Positions 1 to 13,975 are shown, numbered from the stretch's first letter. The stretch is DNA of 64,000 bases from Eledone cirrhosa (GCA_964016885.1 OZ024745.1:123070001-123134000), one strand, 5' to 3'. Numbers and translations: made by a program. The notes: a model not told the origin generated them from the letters alone.

Positions 1-589
1 AAAAAGTAACAATTATAAGAACATGCCTACTCTTGCGATGTGAAACTTGCCTTCATTCATATGTAGAACTATGTAGAGTCAGATTAATAAAATCAATGGT
101 TTTTCTACTTGTATAGAAGAGATAATATATTAAGTAGACAAGCCTTTGTTCATATCTGCTGCATTTCTTTTTAAAGAACATGAATAATGATGAAGTGAAG
201 ATACTAAATATCCCCAAGAAAATGCTTTATGAATAATGTCTATTTTTTTTTTTAATAGCACATCATAAAATCTCAGGAAGTGTTTTTTTATAGCCAGAAA
301 AAATATTCTTTACCTAATTTTCCATACTAATCTCTCTTAGATTATCTTTTCTTAAAAACATCGAAAAGATAGAATACCAACTTTTGTAGCTTTTCTTGTG
401 TTTGTATTTTTATTTTTTGCTTTTTCCTTTTGATTTTAGTTGTTCTAGTTAAATCTATAGGTCTTTCACTACCCTCATGACAAAATTCATTGATTTAATC
501 GTATATGTACTGTTCTGTTATATTAAATAGAACTTGTTTCAATGAAACACTATCATCTGTGCATCATGAAACCCACTTTCTAATTATGA

Positions 590-2092
590 TAATAATAGTA
601 ATAATAATAATAATAATAATGCTTTCTTTATTAACCACAAGGGTTGACACAAAGTATAACATTAAGGACAACACAGGACAATACAAATGGGCATTTCCGC
701 ATGTAAAATAAAAAAAAACAGTGTGACAAAAGGAAACAATGAAAAATTCCCAATAGTGGGGAGACCTCTGAGGGTTGCTCGTGGAGAAAGCCCACTAGAA
801 AAGCCCCGGTTACCCTGACCGCTAGGGCAAATGCCCTCTTCCAGTTTTCCTCCTACAATGCTACAAGCACACGCTCAGGGTAGACCCATTCACACAAGCC
901 ATTCTTGCCTCTCTCACCCACCTTTCAACAAACTGGCTGGAGGTCAGCACTTCCCTCTCCACCCTGATTTTCCTCTTCAGGTGAAACCTGAAAAAGTTAA
1001 TGAGGGCGTCACTGAAGAGGAAAGTACCGGTCATCAACCCTTTCAGACGTGTCCACCATACAATCTCTTTTACCATGGCCACCAGGCAGATAAAAACTGC
1101 CTGCCCTTCTCGGCTAAAGGAGGGCGGCGAGGCTATCTTCACAATGGACTCAGCCGATAGCCGGATCCGTTCTACCTGTGACAGCAGGTGTTCGGCATAA
1201 ACCCACAAGTCAGCAATGCTCGGACACTGGACGAGTGCATGCAGGACGGTTTCATCGCCCTGTGCATATCTCTGACAGGCTTGGCTGACGGCACTTCAGT
1301 GCCTGTAGAGTTTATCCCGAACTGGCAAAGCTCCTCGGTAGCACTGCCAGGCCAGGGATTTCTGGAAGTTGTACATGGGCCCCGGCCTGAAAGTTCTCCC
1401 GAAGATATTGGCTAGTTGGTTTTTGTCGATGCCTATAGTCTCCACAAGGACGTTGTTGTTCTTTCCTTCCACTAATCCTCTATAGAAAGCCAAGGTGGAG
1501 TTTCCAGCGATTGTATTGCTCGACTGGTCGAGGGCTGTAAGCGCCTGAAGACATTCTAGTCTCCAAGCGCTTCCTCTCTGTCTTCGCTTGATGCAGGACT
1601 GCAGCTCCGCCAAGGAGACAAGCTGGGGAAACATGTGTCTAGCAAAGGACGACCACACCTGATCATCGTCCAGGAAGAGGTGGAGATGCCGTAGCCTGAG
1701 CGCATGTCTGCGCATCAGCAGCCACGGCATGCTCAGCCCTCTGCCTGACCATCAGAGCATGTCCCTTCCACAAAAAGCGAAAGAGCAAACGCTCCAATGC
1801 AGTCAGGCGAGGCTTAGGACAAGGCACGACGGTCAGGCGGTAGTAGATGACGGACGCGATGTATGCATTCACCATCTCCGCTAGACCTTTCAGGGATAGC
1901 TTCCTCTCGGTCCATTTCTGGGTGAGAGAAAACACCTTGCTCATGACCTCCCGGTTTTTGTCCGTCTGGAGGTTTGGACCAAACCAGACCCCTAGCAATT
2001 TAACCGGTCCGTCCGTCCAGCGCCCGACGACGCTGTTGGGCGACATGGACCTACCTCTCCAGGTACCGAGTTGCAGGCTTACTGATTTTTCC
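590..2092 (-). mobile_element. 5'-truncated Tx1/L1-clade LINE (ORF2 C-terminal part, frameshifted) with 3' UTR and (ATT)n tail
   Basis: Minus-strand frames give post-RT motifs 'EKSVSLQLGTW', 'VKLLGVWFG', 'W..RKLSLKG', 'LLFRFLWKG' and a zf-RVT/CCHC-like 'ALPVRDKLYRH...CQRY...ETVLHALVQC'. The GC-rich block ends in AATAAA plus an (ATT)n tail. Confidence 0.88.
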
Positions 2093-2153
2093 TAGTAGTA
2101 GTAGCAGTAGCAGAAGCAGTAGTAGTGGTAGTAATAGTAGTAGTAGTTATAGC

Positions 2154-2193
<40 letters not shown>

Positions 2194-2355
2194 ATACTAG
2201 CAGCAGCAGTAGTAGTAGTAGTGGTGGTGCTGGTGGTAGTAGTAATAGTAGTAGTAGCAGTAGTAGTAGTAGTAGTAGTAATAGTAGTAGTAGTAGTAGT
2301 AGTAGTAGCAGCATCAGCAGCAGTAGTAGTAGTGGTTATTGTTTTAGTAGTAGTA
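2093..2355. repeat. (TAG)n/(CAG)n microsatellite
   Basis: Direct reading. Confidence 0.95.
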
Positions 2356-2724
2356 GGAGTTGTAAGTTTCTTACTTCATGGAAATTTTAAATTTTCTTTA
2401 AAGGAATAAATCTAAATTTGATACCTGAAGCTATTAAAGGAGGAATGAAGAGGTGAAGGATGAGGATGACTTCACACACCAATTGTAGTTACTCTTGAAC
2501 AAACACAAACTAATAACAAACACCTGTTCATCCCAACCCCTACTACTTTACCCACTCCATAGATTATCTTAATTAAAAAGACTGCCTTTGATAAAGTCGT
2601 TAGCAAAAGTAGGATTAATTTCAACATAAAGAAAGCAAAACAAACAAAAAAACAACAATAACAATAACCAAACTAATGATGATACGAACGGTTAACAAAA
2701 ATAAAAGTAGTAGTAGTAGTAGTG

Positions 2725-2771
<47 letters not shown>

Positions 2772-2834
2772 GGTGGTGGTGGTGGTGGTGGTGGTAGCAG
2801 CATAGCAATAGTAGTAGTAGTAGTAGTGGTGGTG

Positions 2835-2892
<58 letters not shown>

Positions 2893-3480
2893 GATGATCA
2901 TGTTGATGATGATGATAAAGGTTTACAATTGAGGCACAAGGGCAACAATTTAAGGAGAAGGGCAGGTAAGTCGTTTATATCAACCTCAGTCCCTATATCA
3001 TGCTCATCATTTAATGTCTATTTTACATGCTAGCATGGGTTAGACGAGTTGTCTCATTTGAGACAAGGTGGGTCAGGTGACTGTGTCTTGGTCATACAGC
3101 TGTTTCTGGCTTGGTTTCTACAGCTGGATGCCCTTCATTTACAGTGTTTGCTGAGTGCTTTTTGTCATGATACCTTTTATATATATATATATATTTCTCT
3201 TTCTTACGTCCATATTCCAAGCTTGCATGGGCTTGGACGGGAGTTTTCGCACTTGAGGCAAGAGTGGTTGTCTTGCTCGCATAGGACTGTCTGGCGGGTT
3301 TTCTACGGCTGGATGCCCTTCCTAACACCAACCACATTTACAGTGTGGAACTGGGAGGTTTTTACCGTGTTACCTACACGGCCACATTACAGCGTGGACT
3401 GTGTGTTTTTTTGTCATGACACCTACACGACCTCATTTGTTTCAGGCTGGATGTTGTGGTACCAACATAACTTTACTATA

Positions 3481-3820
3481 TCATCATCATCATCATCATC
3501 ATCATTTTACGTCCACTTTTCCCTGCTTGCAAGGGTGGGACGGGAACTGATGCTGGCTTGATTTCTACAGCTGGATGCCCTTCCTAACACCAACCTCATT
3601 TACAGTGAGTGCTGGGTGCTTTTTTGCCGTCGCACCTCCACGACCACTTTGCAGTGGAATGATAGGGACTGGGGTCCATCTCATTTCTACAGCTGAGTCA
3701 ACTGGAGCAATGTGAAATAAAGTGTCTTGCTCAAGGAAACAACACATCACCCGGCCTGAGAATTGAACTCACAACCTTTCGATTGCAAGGCCAATGCTCT
3801 AACCACTAAGCCATGTGCCT

Positions 3821-3822
<2 letters not shown>
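3481..3822 (-). mobile_element. Full-length tRNA-derived CORE-like SINE (family A) with (GAT)n tail
   Basis: A box TGGCTTAGTGG, B box GAGTTCAATTC, CORE-like CCTTGAGCAAGACACTT, tail GGGAAAAGTGGACGTAAAATGATGAT. At least 6 near-identical copies in the window. Confidence 0.88.
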
Positions 3823-3870
<48 letters not shown>

Positions 3871-3920
3871 GAAAAGCGGACGTAAAATGATGATGATGAT
3901 GATGATGATATATATATATA

Positions 3921-4052
3921 TAGGAAAAGAGTCAGGACGGACCCCGACAGCTGAGCTCCGGCCGTTTCGACAGCTAGATCTGAACTACCCTAAGTATCAA
4001 GTACTCTGGTGCGTTATGGTCCACCTGGTTCCTTACCACACTTCCTTCGTTA
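3921..4052 (+). mobile_element. Penelope-like terminal fragment (family P1) with inverted 5' part, in (TA)n
   Basis: Ends TTACCACACTTCCTTCGTTA(TA)n. Homologous to 25455-25597, 36066-36268, 48855-48983 and 49321-49463. Confidence 0.6.
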
Positions 4053-4056
4053 TATA

Positions 4057-4377
4057 TGTGGTGGTGGTGGTGGTGGTGGGGATAATGTTGATGATGAGGA
4101 TGATGATGATAGTAATGATGATTGTCATTGAGTTGTTGCTGGTGGTGATGATGATGATAATGCTGATGATGATGATAATGACAACGATGATGATGATGAT
4201 GATGAGGATAAAAGAGGTGGTGATGATGATGATGATAAAAGAAGTGGCAGTGATGATGATGATGATGATGATGAGGATAAAAGAGGTGGTGATGATGATG
4301 ATGATGATGATGATGGTGAAATTGGTGATAGTGATGATGATGATGATGATGATGATGACGATGATGATGATGATGAC

Positions 4378-4435
<58 letters not shown>

Positions 4436-4497
4436 GTGAAATTGGTGATAGTGATGACGATGATGATGATGATGATGACGATGATGATGATGATGAC

Positions 4498-4552
<55 letters not shown>

Positions 4553-4576
4553 GTGAAAGCGGTGGTAGTGGAGATG

Positions 4577-4608
<32 letters not shown>

Positions 4609-4616
4609 GGTGATGG

Positions 4617-4653
<37 letters not shown>

Positions 4654-4720
4654 AGTAATGGTAGTAAAGAAGACAATAATGGTAGTTGAAGAGGTTGAGA
4701 TGGTGAAGGTGGTAGCGAAA
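4057..4720. repeat. (GAT)n microsatellite with internal duplications
   Basis: Direct reading. Confidence 0.95.
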
Positions 4721-5102
4721 GATGTGATGTATTGTTTCTAAATAAATATAAATAAAAATAAATGGCAATGATTCCAGTGATGATGTTAACAACTACAAAC
4801 TATGGCAGCAACCAAAAATAACCAGTTATAACATAAACTTTTTCATTTCTTCTTTTGTCATTTTTTTCCTGTTTTGGAAATTTCGAAGAAGAAGAATTCC
4901 CATGGAATTAGAAGGTTACTGCTTCTAAGCAAGACAATAAAATGTAAATTCCAAAGAAATCGCTTTGTTTTCATGCTTAAATAATGCTAGTAAGAAATTA
5001 GAGAGAATAGAAACCAATTTCCTGCAAACAAGTATTAATTCTTGGAATTGTCACTTCAGAAAACACCACCATATATATGCACATATATATATATATACAC
5101 AT

Positions 5103-5180
<78 letters not shown>

Positions 5181-5287
5181 GTATATATATATATATATAT
5201 ATACATATATTCACATACATATATATATATATACATATATATACATACATATATATATATATGTATGTATACATATATATATATATG

Positions 5288-5386
<99 letters not shown>

Positions 5387-6097
5387 TAATAATGAAGATG
5401 CACCTAAAAATAGCAGCCAAATTTACCTCAAATCACATGCTATCATATAACAATAGAATAGTAGTAGACATTTCAAAATGTGGCCCCTCGGGTGGCCATA
5501 ACCGAAATACTTTTATAGGATTGTTTAAACAGTGACTTGGGACTAAGAAAGAACAACAGCAACACATTAATATAACATAACAGATTATGTGATGGAGTTG
5601 TAGTCACTGCAGACTATTATTATATAGAAACTAAATAATATGACATAGGGAAGGTCTCCAGTTTGATAATACTTTCCTTGCTCCCTTCCATTAGTCTCAA
5701 GGGCCCTGAAAAGAGCCATAGATCCTGTCCTTCCCTCCTGTCTAAGCAACAGAAAAAACTGAAATCTTTAAGATAAGGCAAGACACATTAGATAATAGAG
5801 ATCTAGAGACAAAATATCAGAATAAAAGATGGCAAAATCACAGCTGGAATGCTTTTGATTATTGTATTTGAGTTCACAGGACTGATCTGTAGCTAAACAA
5901 CAACAGTAACAGCAGTTTAATGAGGGTTAAATAGGCAGAAAAGGACAAAAAAGAAATAGTTATGATTTAGTTTGTATAAAAGCATGAAGCACAGGTGAAA
6001 TACTCATAGTGAATGGACCAACATGGGAGTTCCTATTTAGTTACTCTAACTGCCAAAAATAACAACTAAATTTCCCTTAAATCATATCCTACTCTCT

Positions 6098-6350
6098 TAA
6101 TCCTTTCTTTACCATATTTGTAATGAAAGACACTGCCAGTAATTATTTTGAAAATAATAAAAAATTTAGAGGGAATTAGAATATAACTGTTTTTCTAAGT
6201 ACTAAAATGGTGTTTGGAATAAACTTAACAAAGGCTCTTACATAAAATTACAATGAAAGGTATTTAGGTAAATATACACATTTTAAAATAAATAGCTTTG
6301 TATCATAAAACCAGGAGCATTTTCAGGCAGTTTGGTATCAGAAAGATGAA
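6098..6350. mobile_element. Diverged TTAA-bounded MITE, second family (related copies ~9555-9800, 13195-13650, 16945-17180, 41130-41380)
   Basis: Shared internal text (TTACCATATTT.TAATGAA...TTTTGAAAATAA) and TTAA/AAAGG(G)TTAA-like ends. Confidence 0.5.
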
Positions 6351-6452
6351 AACAGTAGACTATGTAGTCCATGTATGATATAGAAAAGGGTGATCAAAGC
6401 TAGAGAGTCTTTGATCATAAGTCTAAAGATCAAAGTTGATATAGAGTTATAC

Positions 6453-6862
6453 CAACGGTGAGTAAACTATGGCCAACAGACTACATACAGCACACACTGT
6501 TTGTTTGTAGAGGCTGCAAATCTTCTTGCATGAAGATGTCAGTTTGTGTACTTCCAGATAATTTCACATAGAATAACGTCTCACAGATTCAAAGTCTTGC
6601 ATATAACTACAAGTATGTTGAATTTTGACAACAAACTTGAACAGAATTATAGGAAATTGCAAAACATTCATTAGAGTTTAAGTAACTGTTTAATAATATT
6701 TATGAAGCAACATTATATTAAATTCTGTGCAATTTGTTACTTGCGAAATGATACAGCTGCCTGGATAATAATTGTATTTTTGTGTGTTTGTTGAATGCAG
6801 TCTATTAGGAATGTCAATGATACTTCATGTGGCTGTTGCAGAGAAAGGTCTACTCACGACTG
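6453..6862. mobile_element. Old hAT (Charlie-like) non-autonomous DNA transposon
   Basis: Imperfect TIRs CAACGGTGAGTAAACT / GGTCTACTCACGACTG and subterminal ATGTGGC motif. TSD not clear. Confidence 0.5.
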
Positions 6863-7062
6863 AACAAAACAATAATAATAATGATATTCCAAGCGAAACA
6901 GATTCTCAGGAAAGATATGTAATGGATATCAAACTACTTAAACTTTACCTCTTAACTGACCTAAAGTGAAGTTTTAACAAGGCTTCATAAGCAAGTTTGA
7001 TATAAGTGTTTTATTATGGCTATCAGTTACAGATATTAATAAGTATTTATTGTAGTAACATA

Positions 7063-7724
7063 TCTATATATCTAAAACAGAGAATGTCTGTCTCTCTGTC
7101 TGCCTGTCTGTCTGTCTGACTGTCAGTCTGTCTGTCTGACTCCCTAAAACTCGAGAACCACCCAACCGATTGTTTTCAAACTTTACACATGTAATACTTA
7201 TGGTCCTGTGAGTGTTTTGAGCAAAATATATTTCAATTTTTCAATGCCTAAGGACCGTATTAGGCGATTTAGCGATCTCTCTCTATAATTCTTAGTTTTT
7301 CTTTTTAGATAGATACATAGATATAACGTTGCGCCCTTATAATATCTGTCTGTATGTCTGGCTGTCTGCATTACGACATTATGACGCTATATGTGTGTGT
7401 GTATATATGTATATATAGTGTGTGTATATATATATATAGTGTGTAACGTTTTTCGAAATATTTACTTCTGCGTTCACAGATTGATTTTTTAGTTTCAGAA
7501 GATCCCGTTAAGGGTGAAAGCAGCGATTCTTTGCTTAAACTTTAATCTGTTATTTTAATATATATATATATATAATTATATATTCATGTACAGATATTTT
7601 TGCATACACAATAACAAAATATAAACAAACGTATTTATTTCATGAGGCTCGATAAGGATAAATATATATCAAATATATAAGAACTATAGAGCAAATCCCG
7701 AGCAACGCCGGGTCATTCTCCTAG
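7063..7724 (+). mobile_element. Non-autonomous Helitron
   Basis: 5' TCTATATAT after an A, (GTCT)n, 3' hairpin CCCG-AGCAACGC-CGGG (7697-7712), terminal CTAG followed by T, no TSD. Confidence 0.8.
7491..7541 (+). ncRNA. Hammerhead ribozyme motif, core mutated (U4>A)
   Basis: Stem I AGTTT/AAACT; CAGAAGA; stem II CCC-GTTAA-GGG; GAAA; stem III GCA/TGC; UU site. A 5'-truncated copy lies at ~7973-8013. Confidence 0.55.
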
Positions 7725-7822
7725 TTCAAACTATAATTAGATTTGTTAAGTTCTTAATGGTCACTAATAATGTTTTTAAAATATATCTTACACTCTGCCT
7801 TTAAGCTCTTCGACACTCACAC

Positions 7823-7867
<45 letters not shown>

Positions 7868-8089
7868 ATAATAATAAATTTGAAGACTAAAATCCAAAGA
7901 GGGCTCGATAAGGATAAATATATATCAAATATATAAGAATCCTAGAGCAAATATTTATTAAAATAACAGATTAGATCCCGTTAAGGGTGAAAGCAGCGAT
8001 TCTTTGCTTAAACTTTAATCTGTTATTTTAATAAATAATTAATATATATATATATATATGTATGTATGTGTGTGTGTGTGTGAGTGTTT

Positions 8090-9103
8090 TACTGGGAGGA
8101 TCTAAATACATTTTCTCAGTTCGAATGGAGCAATAATTATTAGTGGTTAGGTGCTTAAAAGGAGTGAAAAGGGAAGGCAACCCCTCTTTATTTAAAATGA
8201 GAGGAGAAAGGAGTTAACTAATGTCATGTTTATAGGTTATTGGTAGTGAGGTTTTATGTAGATTAAGAAGTTACAGGGGTTAGAGGCAATACGGTAAATA
8301 TCTGTAGGAGAGGGTGGTGGTGAGGAGCAAGTGAAGTGGTCACCTTAGGAAGCTTACTGTGTGTTAATTAAAGAGCCTTTCCATATTGGAGGGTTTATAG
8401 AATCTAACTGTTTATAGGAAGAGGTGAAGTGAGTGTTCAGGTGTGTTCTGTGTGAAATATTCTTAAACTGGGTTTTTCCACTTTTTAAGTATATATTTAG
8501 ACATGTGCAAGCCGTGGTTGAAGTAGTCTGCTCTCATATTTAGGCAGTTATTCATGGAGTGCAGTTCTTTTTAGGAAGTTCCATCTGTGCATGAATTCCT
8601 TGACTTCATTCTGTTTCCATAAGGCTTAGATCTCTAGAATCTTCCATTTAATGGAAAAAATCGGTGCCGCTATCTTTGAGGGTCCACATGTAAGTGGCTA
8701 GTATCATGGAAGATCTCTTGTCTGTGTGTCGGAAGGTCATTTCATGATTAAGAAAACAGCCTTTAAAGCAATCCTCTGACATTCCCACATATTTCCTGAC
8801 CTCCTGCTGCTGGTTCACTTGAGTCAAAATGATTTCTGCTTCATATACCAAGGTGGGTATGCTGCATTTTTGGTCAAGGGCAAATATGTTTCATCTTAGG
8901 CATGAGCAGCCTGATATGAGGGATCTCCTAATTTTGTTGGTGATTTTATACTTTTTGCACAGAAATAGCCAATTTCCACTGTATGGCAGTTATATATTTG
9001 CTTATTTGTATGGCCAACAGGGAAACGTTTATCTAAGAGTGCTAAGAACTTCTTTGTATATATATGTTGCACACACACAAATCTTGAAAGCTGCCTACAT
9101 ATA
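8090..9103 (-). mobile_element. Penelope-like element remnant (thumb/linker + GIY-YIG endonuclease + 3' UTR), pseudogenised
   Basis: 'KKFLALLDKRFPVGH...IYNCHTVEIGYFC', 'CPL', 'VYEAEII...KYVGMSEDCFKGCFLNHEMTF...LATYMWTLK' match the PLE GIY-YIG consensus; stops and frameshifts present. Confidence 0.85.
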
Positions 9104-10749
9104 AAATTGAATTACTACTACATTGATTTACTGTTTATCTTCATTTTTGGCAAGATGCTTTGAGAATTGAGCGAGTGGAACCAAAGCTATATTAATTCTA
9201 TAGAAAAACTTCTTATCAGCATAACAGATTACGATAGTATATAGAAATCAAATTGACACAAATAAGTAAATTACAATATTTTCATCTGGTACAAAAAAGT
9301 GTAAAACCAGGTGCAGCTGTATGAAGTAGACACCAAATGACGAAAATGAAACACATTTCTTTTCCCTTTTAAATGTTCCAGAAATTAATTGACTAAGAAA
9401 GTAGATGAGAGACTTAGAAGAAGGACACTTTGTATTAGACATATATAATGTTGAAGATAAAATTTGTCTAAAGATAGAAAATAAATAAAGGTTTGTTGGA
9501 GTACATCTGAGCTGACGAAAATAATGGATTTTTAATTTTGAAAATTCATAGGTAGGAGTCCTTTGGGGAACACTCTGCCAAAGATTGCCCCTGATTCTAG
9601 GTTAAATAACTGTTGAAGTATTTGTGCTTATCTAAAAACCTTCCTTCGTAACTTTATGTTATGATGTGTTCCAAACATTAAATAAATAATGAGAAAGTTA
9701 GTTATATTAGTAAATCTCTTTAAATTCTTGATTATTATCAAAATTATTTGAAAATCATAGGTAATGTTTTTTTTATTAGAAATATGATTATGAAAGATTA
9801 CTGTTTTGGTCTTGGGGTTTAACCACTTTCATTTTACACAGGTTTTTAGAGACAGAGAGGGTTTTTTGTTTATAGTGTTGATTGTCATCATATTATGAGC
9901 ACACAAGTATGGCTGTATGGTTAAGGCATTCATTTCACAACTGTGCAGTTCTAGTTTCGATCCCACTGCAAGCCCTCTCGGGTAGGTGTCTTCTTTATAA
10001 ATGAAATTTCAAAGCAGAAGCTAATCATCTGTGTGAAATGATAAAATTGGTGGATCAAACAAAAATACCAAGTGGTAATTAGATTCATCTTATTTATGTC
10101 TTTTTATACCAGGTGAACTTTGACAATCTACCCAATCAATATAAGAAGTATCAGAGAAAGAACTATGGTTAATATAATCAACCAAAACTCTTGACAGCAG
10201 TACTAAAACATGACTATTGCATGGCCAAAGTTAATTTATTGTCATAATGGTGTGACACACCTGTTAGTATGTCTGTATGAAATGAGGGTAAAACCAAAGT
10301 ATTCACCAGACGTAATTCCGAACTATCAGCAAGAGACTCCATAGACACAGTCTACCGGACAGTTCACTTCAGTTATTATTTATAGATATTTCACCTAGTT
10401 CACTTTTAGTTACACAGGGGTGTTCAGGTTTTTTCCCTACAATATTTATTAAAATCAGTAAAAGAGCAAAAGAATAAAAGAATATAATCAAGTGTAGAAA
10501 TCATGCCAATCAAAGGGTTGAGTGGATTCTTCATTTGTGTCCAGGACACAACAGTCTACATAGTATTGATGCCACAATAAAATACACCCAGTAACCTCTG
10601 TAAAGTCATTTGTGCCAAGGACATGATAGTCTACATAGTACTGATGCCACAATAAAATACTGGTGTCAAGGACACAACAGCCTACAGCAGAGAGCTGGAA
10701 TAAATACTGCAAAGCAATCTATCTGATATTCTAACAACTCTGTTAATTC

Positions 10750-10822
<73 letters not shown>

Positions 10823-10909
10823 AGACCCTCTTCCTGCTATATCAAGCATTAACCTAATATATTCCTTCCATATAGTGTACCGATTGTGTTGTTATTTCTG
10901 TTTACCTTT

Positions 10910-10940
<31 letters not shown>

Positions 10941-10942
<2 letters not shown>

Positions 10943-11207
10943 TCTCAGACCGGGTGATGTGTTGTTTCCTTGAGCAAGACACTTTATTTCACATTGCTCC
11001 AGTTTACTCAGCTGTAGAAAAGGGACTGGGGTCCATATCATTCCACTGCAAAGTGGTCGTGGAGGTGCCACGTCAAAAAAGCACCCAGCACTCACTGTAA
11101 ATGAGGTTGGTGTTAGAAAGGGCATCCAGCTGTAGAAATCGAGCCACAATCAGTTCCCGTCCCACCCTTGCAAGCAGGGAAAAGCAGACGTAAAATGATG
11201 ATGATGA
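10941..11207 (+). mobile_element. SINE family A, 5'-truncated
   Basis: Matches 3481-3822. Confidence 0.85.
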
Positions 11208-11219
11208 TATATACATATA

Positions 11220-11253
<34 letters not shown>

Positions 11254-11525
11254 TATATTATATTATATTATATTATATTATATTATATTATATTCAGTTT
11301 AGAGTAGGTACACCATATCCCTGCATAAGAAGCAACTAAAAGAGTTGATAAGAAGAAGAGCATCTAGCCCGATGACGTTGAGGATGATGATGACAAGGAT
11401 TATATGCACTTATATATACACACACCCACAAACTTAAAGACAACCTTAATAAATCTCTCTCTTACACACACACTTACACAAACACACATATATATATTTT
11501 TATATATTTATGCGCACGTGTATCT

Positions 11526-11560
<35 letters not shown>

Positions 11561-11645
11561 CAACAAAGCTGCAGAAATAAAGTATTCCTCTACAGTTAGT
11601 TGGCAATTAATTTTAAACTTCCAAAGAGGAAGAGAGAGAGAAAGA

Positions 11646-11717
<72 letters not shown>

Positions 11718-12014
11718 GAAAGTGGGCATGATGCCAGTTAGTTTTCAACTATCTTCTCAATATACTAAGCAGACTATGTCATATATAAAATGGACACATC
11801 ACCAGATAAGGAGCCTGCAATTTCATATAGATTCAATGCAAATTAATTTTGCATGGTCTTTGAGTAAGCAAAGTTGAAATGCCAATAAATTAGGTGATGG
11901 TGGTGTGCAAAATAAACGAAAATCATCAACATTGAAGGGGGAAAATTAATATATTTCTAACTGATATCTGACATTTATAATTCTTTGTGATGATATTGTA
12001 AAACCTATCATGTG

Positions 12015-12440
12015 CTGGTGAATTGGTAGAATTGGCAGAACATTGGATAAAATGGCACTTTAGTATTTGCCCTGGCTCTTAATATTTTGAGTTCAAATAC
12101 CGCCAAGTTCAACCTTGCTTTTCATCCTTCCGAGATTGCTAAAATAATTGTTTCTACTTTTGGCACAAGGCCAGCAATTACCCCAGGGTATTACTGGTGC
12201 TTTATTTTTATTTTATCAACCCCGTAAGGATGAAATGTAAAGCTAATCTTGGCGAGATTTGAACTCAGAAAATAAAGAGCTATAACTCTATGCTGCAAAG
12301 CATGGTGTCTGATGCTCTACTGATACTGCGAATCCGCTGAGATTGATTAAATAATGTACCAGTTAAGTACTGGGGTTATTTAATCAACTTTGCCATTCTC
12401 TTAAATTTGCTGATCTTGTGCTTAAGTTAGTGATCAATAC
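12015..12440 (+). mobile_element. SINE family B (tRNA head + Nin/Deu-like domain) interrupted by an antisense family-B copy (12145-12337)
   Basis: CTTTTCATCCTTCCGAG...AAAATAA(TG)TACCAG domain; TSD-like GAGATTGCTAAAATAAT/GAGATTGATTAAATAAT around the inner copy. Confidence 0.75.
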
Positions 12441-13072
12441 CTAATGTGTACCCATCTGAACAGTGACATAAAACAGCATAAATGGAAGTAAATCTATATA
12501 ACTGAATCCATATGTGTGGCCTAGTAGTTAGGGTGTTGAACTAACGATCATGAGGTCATGGGTTTGATTCCTGGACCTATTTGTACATTGTGTTCTTGAG
12601 TATGTCACTTTATTTCACATTGTTCCAGTCCACTCAGCTCAAAAGAAAAATTAATGCCAGTAGCCACCCCTAGGTCTTAAGCTATGCAAAAAACTGATGT
12701 CCTGTCCAGAGGGGAAACATTTTCAAGATAGGAATGGGGCTCTTATCATTAAAACACTTAAGAACCATCATGTATATCGTCTTTTAAATGCATTTGCCAT
12801 TCTTTCACCCAGAACCATGAAGCAACATCTATTTGATGTTTCCAAAAGACATGAGAGTCAAATAGATTAGATATATATTTTCCTAACATATTTATATATA
12901 TATATATGCAAAACCTTTCAACTGGACATATTCCTATGTATGTCCATGTCATCTTGACACTTTTCAGGGCTTTGATTCCAAGATTTGGGGGTAGGGAAGG
13001 ACAAAACTACAGCCAAGAGACCTGATATGAATACTTAAAACAAAATGGATTGTGCTTAATGCATCTAAAAGT

Positions 13073-13128
13073 CAGTAACTGATAAGCAGGTAACTGATAA
13101 GCAGGTAACTGATAAGCAGGTAACTGAT
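13073..13128. repeat. 15-bp tandem repeat (GTAACTGATAAGCAG) x~3.7
   Basis: Direct reading. Confidence 0.9.
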
Positions 13129-13651
13129 AGGAGTATCAAGTTTGTGTGATATAATCTAGAAATATGAGTCCACCATAGCTTTACGTGAACTCTTTTGATC
13201 CCAAACCACTTGAAATTGTTCCTTGGTTTATGATTAAAGTAACTATCTATTAAAAGTGTTTACATTTATATAAAAAAAATCTTCCTCCATAATTTTATGG
13301 AAACAAAAGTCTACATATTAAAAGAAAACGAAATAGAAAGAATTAAATAGCAAAAGTAAGTAAAAAGGGAAGTAAATGACTCTACACCCCAGTCTAGGTG
13401 ACATATTCATTTCTTCTCTTTCGTCTTTTTTTTAATATGTAAAGGTTGATGAATTGTAAATTTGTTGTATTTTTAAACCTAATAAACTCTTTCATTATGA
13501 AAAGAAAATGACGTAAGAACCTTTATTAAGTTTTGTTCCAATCATTAGCTGAATAATGAGAAAGTTGGTTACATTACTGAATTCTTTCAAGTCCTTGATT
13601 ATTTTCAAAGTTATTTGAAAATCATAGGAAATATGGTAACAAAGGTTTTAA

Positions 13652-13862
13652 TATTTAGCATTTACATTACTCTATATTTACTATTGTATTTTCACACTAA
13701 ACACTTTACCTCACATAATTATCTCACACTATATCGAATCTACGAGATTTTGGTACTATTTATTTTGAGAACAATACCTTATGAGCAGCCAGTTATGGCC
13801 GGTTTAAACAGAAAGAGGTGAGAGAATTCTGGCCAGGTAAGGCCAGTTTAAATGCTAAAGGG
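13652..13862. mobile_element. piggyBac-type TTAA MITE (family M), diverged
   Basis: Internal match to other M copies; right end AATGCTAAAGGG. Confidence 0.75.
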
Positions 13863-13975
13863 GTAAGTCTGTTTCAATTGTATTGTTCATGATTTTCATA
13901 AAGCTAAAATTATGAAAACTCTTGCAATAATTTGTTTCTCCACACCAAATAGAAAATCACACGCACATGAACAGA

